IMG/VR virus record: IMGVR_UViG_3300028920_000041
Span: 56,931 to 120,930 of that record
DNA length: 64,000 bases
Strand: one strand, 5' to 3'
From: a virus
Part shown: positions 9,407-17,080 of the stretch, one piece after another
Numbering within the stretch: position 1 is the stretch's first letter
Layout of the letters: every line of letters begins with the position of its first letter
Notes under the pieces: generated by a model
The model's database searches: none
What the model was told of the DNA's origin: nothing
What the model saw: the letters and a program-made list of their open reading frames with translations, nothing else
Position numbers and translations under genes: made by a program

Positions 9407-9541
9407 ATGACAGCTAATTTCTTCTGGGACTGGTTACGCATCGTAGGTTTCCTGACTATAGGTTTGATTGTATCTATCATCATCGCACTTTTTGGTATCA
9501 GTATCTCTCACCAGAGACGGAAAAATGATAACAAATCCTGA
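9407..9541 (+). CDS. 44-aa single-TM peptide, paralog 1 (not in ORF track)
   Basis: MTANFFWDWLRIVGFLTIGLIVSIIIALFGISISHQRRKNDNKS; aligns with the next ORF. Confidence 0.6.
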   Translation: MTANFFWDWLRIVGFLTIGLIVSIIIALFGISISHQRRKNDNKS

Positions 9542-9677
9542 TATTTTGGATTACCTCAAGATCATAGGGTTTGTAGCTGTTTGTTTGTTGATAGCTGTTC
9601 TTATTGCACTTATTGGAATTTACGTTTCAGATAAAAGAGACGAAAAGAAGATAAAGAAGATCAGGAGACGAAGATGA
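9525..9677 (+). CDS. 50-aa single-TM peptide, paralog 2
   Basis: ATG at 9525 within track ORF 9468-9677: MITNPDILDYLKIIGFVAVCLLIAVLIALIGIYVSDKRDEKKIKKIRRRR. Confidence 0.65.
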   Translation: MITNPDILDYLKIIGFVAVCLLIAVLIALIGIYVSDKRDEKKIKKIRRRR

Positions 9678-10099
9678 GTGCCTTTTGCCGTATCAGAGCA
9701 AACGACGTAGCCGACATTTCCAGACTGGCTCTAGCCAGAGGCCTTGAGCATAACATCATGCCGTTTGAAGGAGATGACTACGCTGATTGGGTTACGGTTC
9801 AGTTAACCAATGATAGAAGCCGCAGAGCTTTCGAGAATCTGTGTGCTGAAAACAACGTTACGGTTGACGGTAGGCAGGTGATCCACCGTATGACCGATGC
9901 TGTGCTAGCAGGCACTTCTCCAGAGCGTGCAATGGATGAAGCTCTAACAGGCGGCATGAAACGAGCTATGACAAACGGAGCTAAGTATACCTGTGGTGAT
10001 TGCGGTTTGCCGATCCCTAGGTACAGAGGCAGGTACCCTACTACTTGCCCGGAGTGCAATGGCGAGTTGACTCCACCCCATGAAAGACCGGCAGAGTAG
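9674..10099 (+). CDS. Hypothetical protein with shared leader-like motif and C-terminal zinc ribbon
   Basis: MTDAVLAGTSPERAM motif followed by CGDC...CPEC. Confidence 0.7.
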   Translation: MSAFCRIRANDVADISRLALARGLEHNIMPFEGDDYADWVTVQLTNDRSRRAFENLCAENNVTVDGRQVIHRMTDAVLAGTSPERAMDEALTGGMKRAMTNGAKYTCGDCGLPIPRYRGRYPTTCPECNGELTPPHERPAE

Positions 10100-10108
10100 G
10101 AAACTCCT

Positions 10109-10975
10109 ATGGAACACCTAAAGAGCGTTATCCGTCAAAGTATTTTAACTGAAAGCTTCCTAAAAGAAGACGATGCAGGTGATCCACCCAAGACGCTCAA
10201 AGTCAAAGACACAGCCGGTAAAGATGTTCTGAGCTACTTCTATAGCGGTGTACTGGATAACTACAAGCTAAAGCCTGATCAAGTCATGGCCATGATAGGT
10301 GGTGGTGACATTGATAAAGGCAAACAGATGTTCGTTGCCAACTTCAACACACTTCGTAAAGCGGCGAGCAGTAGTGGCAAGCCTCCCAGAGCTTGGATGC
10401 CTGTCATAAAACCTAATGACATACCAGGCCTTGTAAGAGCGCTCAAAGCAGGCCAGATAGACATCGCTATCCCGCATGCAGATCTCAAGAAGAAAACAGA
10501 GAGCTTTCTATCAGCGTTGAATGACATGTTGACAGAGGCTCCAAAGTATAAAGACAAAGAGATTGATATGGCTAAAGGCAAAGGACAGCCTAAGCCAGCG
10601 CCTGACAAAAAGACCTTTCTCAAGAAAGGGACTATGGACAATGTCAAAGCTGATGACATTGTCAGAGGCATCAAAGTTGCTGAGATACCGGTTAAGCAGC
10701 TAAAGCCGTCTCAAGATGAAATCTATGGATCTAAGATTGCTTTGAACATGACAAAGATGGGACCAACGGTAGGTGGCAAGACTGCTTTTGGTGAGCCTGA
10801 CATCATTGTTACTTCAGATAACTACATACTAGATGGTCATCATAGGTGGGCTACAGCGTGGGCCGGTCACCCAAGCAACAAGATAAAGGTTACTGTGATC
10901 CCACTGCCACTAAAGCACCTGTTCTTGGTTCTGAGAGCATATGGTGCAGCACTTGGCAATCCACAGCAGTCCTAG
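10109..10975 (+). CDS. ParB/sulfiredoxin-like domain protein
   Basis: C-terminal IPVKQLKPSQDEI...IIVTSDNYILDGHHRW motif; GGAAA-type RBS upstream. Confidence 0.8.
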   Translation: MEHLKSVIRQSILTESFLKEDDAGDPPKTLKVKDTAGKDVLSYFYSGVLDNYKLKPDQVMAMIGGGDIDKGKQMFVANFNTLRKAASSSGKPPRAWMPVIKPNDIPGLVRALKAGQIDIAIPHADLKKKTESFLSALNDMLTEAPKYKDKEIDMAKGKGQPKPAPDKKTFLKKGTMDNVKADDIVRGIKVAEIPVKQLKPSQDEIYGSKIALNMTKMGPTVGGKTAFGEPDIIVTSDNYILDGHHRWATAWAGHPSNKIKVTVIPLPLKHLFLVLRAYGAALGNPQQS

Positions 10976-10984
10976 GAGATAACA

Positions 10985-11293
10985 ATGGTTGCTGAAAAGA
11001 TGATCGAAGCAGTACTCGAAGGTAACACTGCTGAAGATGTTATGACTCAAACTCTTTCAGAGAAGAGCGAAAGAGTACATACCATCTGGCGTCATATACC
11101 CGATGACTGGAAAGCACAGTTTGAAAAAAAGAAGCTTAAAAGGAAGTCTGGCGAAGATGAAGTGATCACCATGATACCTGACTATGGCGAAGTATCAGCC
11201 GGTAAGGGTATGTTCAAGCTAAAGACAATAGAGCCAGGAAAAGCGTCAATCAGAAAAGTCATCAGAGGCCTAACCGGAATGCAGAAGTGGTAG
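10985..11293 (+). CDS. Small protein with shared leader-like motif
   Basis: GGAG RBS; N-terminal MIEAVLEGNTAEDVM. Confidence 0.7.
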   Translation: MVAEKMIEAVLEGNTAEDVMTQTLSEKSERVHTIWRHIPDDWKAQFEKKKLKRKSGEDEVITMIPDYGEVSAGKGMFKLKTIEPGKASIRKVIRGLTGMQKW

Positions 11294-11303
11294 GGGATCT
11301 ATT

Positions 11304-12014
11304 ATGAACGAAACTATACTAGATGTTATCAGTAAGAATCTTGTAGTAGAAGCAACATCACTTCAACCTGTAACAAGGACTTTTAAGAGGTTTTTGAAAT
11401 CAAAGGTTGTTCCTTATCTAACCAGATCCACAGGGCAGGAGTGGCAGGTTTCTAATCTTGGAGGTAAGTCTTCTGGAAGGTTTGTAAAATACTATGTCAA
11501 TACAAACGGATCTCCAAGGTTAGAAATTAGTTGGGAGTTTGAAGTTGCTAAAGCTGCAAATGAAGATGAGTTCAACCTGAGAATTTACTTCACCAAGGAC
11601 AATAACATACTTGGTCAGTATATTTATGGAGTTCAGGGGCAAGGTAATAGCTATATTAAACAAAACGATTTGAAAGACTTAAATAAGTTGGTTCCAGAAG
11701 TGATTATAACCGCTATAGAAGGATCAAAAGTTACTACAGTTCCCACTAAAGAGATTGAAGCTATAACTAAAGAGATTGAAGCTATAAAATCATTATCAGA
11801 AAGCTTGGATAGAACTTTATCTAAAGTTCAAAACTTTGTTCCAAAGTTTAATGATATAGTTAAAAAAGCTCTTAAATCTAAAGATCCGCAGAGGGAATTA
11901 GTTAATAGCTATAAACTTCTTTCTAGCATAAAAAAGACTCATCTCAGCGGGTATATATCACCACCGGATAGATCAGCTAAGAGTATACTTGAGCGTATTA
12001 AAGATCTATCTTAG
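11304..12014 (+). CDS. Hypothetical protein (AT-rich)
   Basis: 236-aa ORF with GGGG RBS-like sequence; visibly more AT-rich than neighbours. Confidence 0.65.
   Translation: MNETILDVISKNLVVEATSLQPVTRTFKRFLKSKVVPYLTRSTGQEWQVSNLGGKSSGRFVKYYVNTNGSPRLEISWEFEVAKAANEDEFNLRIYFTKDNNILGQYIYGVQGQGNSYIKQNDLKDLNKLVPEVIITAIEGSKVTTVPTKEIEAITKEIEAIKSLSESLDRTLSKVQNFVPKFNDIVKKALKSKDPQRELVNSYKLLSSIKKTHLSGYISPPDRSAKSILERIKDLS
11745..11786 (+). repeat. Perfect in-frame 21-nt tandem duplication
   Basis: actaaagagattgaagctata x2, encoding TKEIEAI twice. Confidence 0.9.
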
Positions 12015-12378
12015 GCTAAATAAAAATCAACATGACAGCTCAAGAGAGAGACAAGTTCGCAAGAGCAGTATTCGACGGTTCGTTCTTCCAGTACTGGAAG
12101 CTAAAGGACATGACTACTCTGGCGATGAAGACATAAACAGTAACTTTCCCATTGTTGCTAGACGGATGAAAGAGGAAATAGACAAATACGATGTCTGGCA
12201 AGTGTACTTCACAAAGCACATGATGGCTATCGAGACATGGCTAGAAGACAGGGAAGTCAAGAGTGAGCCGATCCACATGAGAATAGTGGATGCTATTAAC
12301 TATCTCATCATCTTATGGTCTATGGCAGCAGACCAAGGCCTTATGCCAAGTGCTATAGACGTACCTCAACAAATGTAA
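11989..12378 (+). CDS. Nucleotide-modification-associated / MazG-like all-alpha NTP pyrophosphohydrolase (DUF1599-like); 5' end possibly frameshifted
   Basis: KGHDYSGDED...NF and SEPI..RIVDAINYLIIL motifs. The natural-looking start (ATG 12032) lies in another frame. Confidence 0.6.
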   Translation: MSVLKIYLRLNKNQHDSSRERQVRKSSIRRFVLPVLEAKGHDYSGDEDINSNFPIVARRMKEEIDKYDVWQVYFTKHMMAIETWLEDREVKSEPIHMRIVDAINYLIILWSMAADQGLMPSAIDVPQQM

Positions 12379-12388
12379 AGGATCTACC

Positions 12389-12982
12389 ATGCCGCCTGCA
12401 ATGGTTAAGAAATGGGCCAAAGAAAAGGGTATGAGTACCAAAGAAGCAGAACGCAGGTGGGCCAAAGCTAAGCTACTCGCTTCAAAGCAAGGTCGCAATC
12501 CAGAAATCACTGGTGTTAACAAAGACTGGGAGTATGTAGTCGGTATATACAGAACTATGATGAAAAAGAAGCCTAAAACAGAGTCTCTGATACACAAAAG
12601 TTTAATCGAGACAATGATCGACCAAGTACTGAACGGCAAGTCTCCCAGTCAATTGATCCATAGTTTCTTTGCAAGTAGTTCGTCAGACAGTACACCGATT
12701 CGGGAAAGTGATAACACTATCAACGTTGGCGATAGCTACGTCCAAAACAAAAATTTGCGTACATTTTTCGACGGTGAGGGAAAACTTAGGTTTTGCACTA
12801 CCGAGAATGTACTAATCAGGCCAAACAGTGATCCTCGATTATTAGAACTTGTTGCATACGCTGACTGTTTGAGTGTTGATAACCCTCTGTTTGATGTGTT
12901 TGAGTCTTACGAGGGTTCGTTAGAAGATTTGTATGATCAAGTAACAAGTGCATACTCTTTGGTAACACAAACAGGTGCATAA
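12389..12982 (+). CDS. Putative head-associated protein
   Basis: N-terminal MP..MVKKWAKEKGMSTKEAERRWAKAK helical domain of a type I recall from large-phage head regions; internal MIDQVLNGKSPSQLI motif. Confidence 0.65.
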   Translation: MPPAMVKKWAKEKGMSTKEAERRWAKAKLLASKQGRNPEITGVNKDWEYVVGIYRTMMKKKPKTESLIHKSLIETMIDQVLNGKSPSQLIHSFFASSSSDSTPIRESDNTINVGDSYVQNKNLRTFFDGEGKLRFCTTENVLIRPNSDPRLLELVAYADCLSVDNPLFDVFESYEGSLEDLYDQVTSAYSLVTQTGA

Positions 12983-13496
12983 AATGCTAGTTGGACAAGA
13001 ATACACAGTCATTGGTTGGTGTAAGAACAGACTGATTTTGCGTGACAAGATCATGTTGCAAAATCTACTAGAGGAAGTCTGTTTTGTTATTGACATGACA
13101 TCGCTCGGATCTATCGGAGTTAATGTTCCTATCGAACTTGACAAGTTGAACAAAGATAAATTCGAAGATGAAGGTGGTTCTACGTCTTGTGTTCTGGCTG
13201 GAAGAGTAGACGCGAATCAAGCTTCACTGGTCTTGTCTACCAGTCACGCAAACATTCATGGCTGGCCAGACAGAGACGTTAATAGAGATGATGGTGGCTT
13301 CTTTTGGTTTACGGTAGGTTCCTGCAGGCCTTTTAAGACAATGAAAGTTGATAACTGGCTACATGAGTACTTGAAAGCTACTCACGTAAAGCGGATCTCC
13401 AGGTGGATTGAGTACAAGGATGGAGTGTTCATGCACTCCGAACAAGGCCTCCCTTCAGGAATTGGAGTATCTTCTGAACAAGGATTCATAGGATGA
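12975..13496 (+). CDS. speD: S-adenosylmethionine decarboxylase proenzyme family (pyruvoyl)
   Basis: GG.T....(insert)LVLSTSHANIHGWPD and downstream GSCRPF match the 'l.eSHi.iHtwPe...d.fsC..f' pattern. Substrate not determinable from sequence. Confidence 0.65.
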   Translation: MHKMLVGQEYTVIGWCKNRLILRDKIMLQNLLEEVCFVIDMTSLGSIGVNVPIELDKLNKDKFEDEGGSTSCVLAGRVDANQASLVLSTSHANIHGWPDRDVNRDDGGFFWFTVGSCRPFKTMKVDNWLHEYLKATHVKRISRWIEYKDGVFMHSEQGLPSGIGVSSEQGFIG

Positions 13497-13807
13497 TCAC
13501 AGCACAAGAGCTTATAGAGAACTATCTGACTTCTGATATGGATGCAGAGGAAGTTATTGATGAAGTCATTGGACGCAGTAAAAGAACGTTTCGTAGACCT
13601 AGAAAACGAAGGTTCAGGAAGCGTGGCTCTGCTGTAGATCCTATCACCGGAAAGAGGAAAGACCCGCGCCGTAGGCGTCTAATGCGCAAAGTACGTAGAC
13701 GCTTCAAGTCCAAGTTCAAGCGTGCAGCAAAGCTTAGGGCGAGAAAGCTCAAGTCCAGAGGCTTCTATAAGAAGCTTGGCAAGCTTGCCGCTCGCATCCG
13801 TCGATAA
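13493..13807 (+). CDS. Acidic leader plus extremely Arg/Lys-rich protein (putative DNA-condensing core protein)
   Basis: First ~25 aa acidic; the remaining ~78 aa are roughly half Arg/Lys (RRPRKRRFRKR, PRRRRLMRKVRRRFK). Confidence 0.7.
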   Translation: MITAQELIENYLTSDMDAEEVIDEVIGRSKRTFRRPRKRRFRKRGSAVDPITGKRKDPRRRRLMRKVRRRFKSKFKRAAKLRARKLKSRGFYKKLGKLAARIRR

Positions 13808-14071
13808 ATGCCAAGATACTACAAACCAGTAGATCCAAAATACATCATCAAGATTGATGTCTTGGAACTACCTCAAGTCTATGCAGCAGGTGAAGGACAG
13901 TACGAGCTAAGGCAAGCTGATACTCCAGATAAGTATGAACTACATGATCTATTCTCACTTAAAAGAACGTTGAAAACGATAATGCCGAAACGAGTTGATG
14001 ACATCTTGTGTCGGCTGCAGAACTTCAGAGTTGCCTATTTGAATGTAGCAACCGGAGAAATTACGTCATGA
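13808..14071 (+). CDS. Hypothetical protein
   Basis: 87-aa ORF; ATGA overlap with the protease start. Confidence 0.6.
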   Translation: MPRYYKPVDPKYIIKIDVLELPQVYAAGEGQYELRQADTPDKYELHDLFSLKRTLKTIMPKRVDDILCRLQNFRVAYLNVATGEITS

Positions 14072-15507
14072 CACAACTTGTTGAGGTACAGCCTTTTAAC
14101 TATGCAATCGTTGAAGGGAAGGCTAAGCCTGGAGTCCTTTTGACTCTGGAAGGGACTTTTCAACGGGCTGGTACAAAGAACGCTAACGGTAGGATCTATC
14201 CGTTGCCTCTTTGGAAAAAGTTGATGTCTGATGAAGATGTCAACGAAAGGATCCAAGCCAGAAGGATGCTTGGCCACTTGGACCATCCTTCAAGTGGTGC
14301 GACTTCTCTAAGTTGTGTGTCTCACGTAGTTACAGAGCATAAGCTTCAAAGCGATGGCAGTGTAAAGGGTAAGCTTGAAATACTTGATACACCAATGGGT
14401 CAGATTGCTTCTACACTTGCTAAAGCAGGTGTTCAGTTCGGTGTGTCTTCAAGGGGTGATGGTTCTGTCGAAAGGAAAGGAGATGTAGACGAAGTACAGA
14501 ACGATTATCGACTAGAAACGTATGATCTTGTGTTAAAGCCTTCGACTCCAGGCGCTTACCCTCAGATTGTTGAGTCAGAGGAAAAAGCAAAGGAGAATCT
14601 AGATCTCATCGCACAAGCAGTTGAAGGACTTGTCAATCGCACTAATGAAGTTGATGTGCTATTAGAGTGTCACAAAATAATCAGTGTCCTGGAAGGCTGC
14701 AACGAGCGTCGAGAGCAGATCTTAGCCGAGCTAAAGACAAAGCTTGGTACTGGTCAAGAGGAACAAGAAAAAAGAGAAACTCACGATTCGGAGGGACTAA
14801 AGATGACGGGAACTAATGCTGTTCCGAATGCTCCGACTGCTACGCCACAGCTTACAATTTCTCCTGAGATGAAAGACTATCTCCAGGAATGGGTTGATAA
14901 AGGTGTGGAGGAAGCCGTTGCAGCTAAGAACGAAGAGATTAACGATTTGAACGAAAGGATCGTTGGTCTGGTCAATGAACGAGATGAGCTTGTTTTACGT
15001 ATGGGTGCGGCTGAGCAGTTGATCGAGGAGTTCACTCGTAAGGTCAAATCTCTGAGTGACAATCGCACTACAGACGAAGAGCTTCACGAAAGGTTTGACG
15101 CTTCTGTGTCATTGCTTGATGAAGCGATGTCAAGGTTGCAGGAGCTAGGCGAGACGCAGAGGCGTTTAGCTGCAGCCGAAGAGCTTCTTCAGGCTTCTAT
15201 TTGTCGAGCGCAAGTGGAGTCTGTTGCAGCTAGCATTGAAGAGAAGATAGAAGACCTTGACGAATCAACGCAAGAGACGCTTAGGACGTTGCTTGAGGAC
15301 TGCGAATCTGCCGAGGAAGTAGATAGCAAGTTTTCTCAGCTTGAGAGTCTGATTGAAAGCCAGAGTGATGGTTTTCCGGAGCCTGTTGTCAGGGAACCGC
15401 TGCCATCCAGAACAGGGAATCTGACAGAAGACCAGATCGGTAACGCTCGTTCGAACGGACCTAAAGACTTCATTACCAGTAGGCTTCTTTCGAAGATTGC
15501 TGGTTAA
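14068..15507 (+). CDS. gp21: Prohead protease (T4 gp21-like) fused to coiled-coil scaffold
   Basis: NANGRIYP...LGHLDHP...VSH...GKLEILDTPMG...GVSSRG.GS motifs, then ~280 aa acidic coiled coil. Start placed at ATG 14068. Confidence 0.9.
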   Translation: MTQLVEVQPFNYAIVEGKAKPGVLLTLEGTFQRAGTKNANGRIYPLPLWKKLMSDEDVNERIQARRMLGHLDHPSSGATSLSCVSHVVTEHKLQSDGSVKGKLEILDTPMGQIASTLAKAGVQFGVSSRGDGSVERKGDVDEVQNDYRLETYDLVLKPSTPGAYPQIVESEEKAKENLDLIAQAVEGLVNRTNEVDVLLECHKIISVLEGCNERREQILAELKTKLGTGQEEQEKRETHDSEGLKMTGTNAVPNAPTATPQLTISPEMKDYLQEWVDKGVEEAVAAKNEEINDLNERIVGLVNERDELVLRMGAAEQLIEEFTRKVKSLSDNRTTDEELHERFDASVSLLDEAMSRLQELGETQRRLAAAEELLQASICRAQVESVAASIEEKIEDLDESTQETLRTLLEDCESAEEVDSKFSQLESLIESQSDGFPEPVVREPLPSRTGNLTEDQIGNARSNGPKDFITSRLLSKIAG

Positions 15508-15550
15508 GGTCAAAGACGACAACACACAAGTTAAATCAACTTCGGAGGAC

Positions 15551-16972
15551 ATGATGATTATTGGAATTGACGAACACAAGGCAGAGCACAATAAGATGCT
15601 TAGTGTTGGGCACTCTTTGGCCTCGAATTACAACATGACCCTTTACGAGAATGAAAAAGAGGGTCGTAAGATGTCCATGGGGGAGCTTCTGGAAGGCCTC
15701 CCGGAAGATTCTTTGGTTCGTGCTCACACAGCAGTTATGGTTGAAAACACTCGTCGCTATTTCAACTCGCTAGATGAGACAACCAAGCTTGTGAACATCG
15801 GTGATTTCGAAAAGTACGCTTACCCGATGGTTCGGGCGGTGTTCCCGAACCTTGCTGCGCACAACTTGGCTTCTGTACAGCCGATGCTGGGTCCCGTCTC
15901 TTTAGTGTTCTACATGAAGTTCATCTATGGTCTGACCAAAGGATCTGCGGTCGCGGGTACAGACATCATCGAAAACCCGAATCAGAACTATGCTTCTGAG
16001 GATATCGATGAAGAAAACGTCGGTACGGGCACTGGTGTTGCTACTGCTTTTACAGGAAACCTGTCTTACCTTCCGGTGAAGCCTGGTACGGTGAAGTTCA
16101 CAGGCGATGTTAGTGGTGTTCTGCTTGAGGTAACGGACGATGGCAACGGGAACATGATCGGTGATATTGGTGTTGGTACCAATACCATCAATTACGTTAC
16201 CGGCGCTTTCAACTTCGATTTCTCCAGCGCTATCGATAGCGGAGATCCGGTCAATGCTGCTTACAGCTATGACTTGGAAGGTAACGATACCATCCCCGAT
16301 ATTGATATGCAGCTTACTTCGAGTCCGGTTGTTGCCACGACTCGTAAGCTTAGGACTCGGTGGAGCCTTGAGGCTGCGCAAGATCTTAGGAACCTGCATG
16401 GTCTTGAGGCAGAGGTTGAGCAAGTCGCGGCAGTGTCCAATGAGATGAAGTTTGAGATTGACCGCGAAGTGATCGACAACATGGCGGCTATTGCTAACGG
16501 CTCTGTTGCAGCGTTTAGCAAGACACCCCTTACTGGTATCTCGTTCACAGAGCATAAGCTCGGTTTCGTAGACACACTGATTGCTGCCTCTAATGTGATC
16601 TTTGGTGCTACGCAGCGCGCTCTTGGAACGTGGATTATCGCCGGTCTGAATGTCACCAACCTGATCGAGTCCCTTCCGGGCTTTGTCCCCTCGCCACGTC
16701 CAAAGGGAACGAGGGCGGTTTACAAGGCTGGCGTGTTAAATGGCCAGTGGGACATCTGGAAAGATCCAAACTACGGTGTTAACAACTACCTCATGGGGTA
16801 CCAGGGTGATGCAATGTGGGAGGTTGGCTATATCTTCGCTCCTTACATCCTGGCCTACACGACTGCTACGATCATGCTGGATGATTTTGTCGGTCGTAAG
16901 GGTATCTCTTCGCGGTATGGCAAGAAGGCTATTGATGGTAACTTCTACTGCCAGGGCAGTGTAACCGCATAA
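15551..16972 (+). CDS. gp23: Major capsid protein (T4 gp23 family)
   Basis: VQPMLGPVSLVFYMKF.YG, TRKLRTRWSLEAAQDLRNLHGL, EIDREVI, GYIFAPYI, KGISSRYG motifs; GGAGG RBS before ATG 15551. Confidence 0.95.
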   Translation: MMIIGIDEHKAEHNKMLSVGHSLASNYNMTLYENEKEGRKMSMGELLEGLPEDSLVRAHTAVMVENTRRYFNSLDETTKLVNIGDFEKYAYPMVRAVFPNLAAHNLASVQPMLGPVSLVFYMKFIYGLTKGSAVAGTDIIENPNQNYASEDIDEENVGTGTGVATAFTGNLSYLPVKPGTVKFTGDVSGVLLEVTDDGNGNMIGDIGVGTNTINYVTGAFNFDFSSAIDSGDPVNAAYSYDLEGNDTIPDIDMQLTSSPVVATTRKLRTRWSLEAAQDLRNLHGLEAEVEQVAAVSNEMKFEIDREVIDNMAAIANGSVAAFSKTPLTGISFTEHKLGFVDTLIAASNVIFGATQRALGTWIIAGLNVTNLIESLPGFVPSPRPKGTRAVYKAGVLNGQWDIWKDPNYGVNNYLMGYQGDAMWEVGYIFAPYILAYTTATIMLDDFVGRKGISSRYGKKAIDGNFYCQGSVTA

Positions 16973-17010
16973 CCAGTTTTTCAAGTCGCATGCCATCTGC
17001 GGCACTCCTA

Positions 17011-17059
17011 ACCGAAGGGGGTTAGGACTTCGCCCCCTAACCCCCTTCGGTGCTTTTCT
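17011..17059 (+). terminator. Intrinsic terminator after major capsid gene
   Basis: Perfect 16-bp stem accgaagggggttagg / cctaacccccttcggt, 9-nt loop, followed by gcttttctc. Confidence 0.75.
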
Positions 17060-17080
17060 CTAGCAAGTCAAGGACAGCAA

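Noticed and set aside
15497-15550. TTG 15497 as the major capsid start
   Set aside because: It overlaps the protease stop without an RBS; ATG 15551 has GGAGG at proper spacing.
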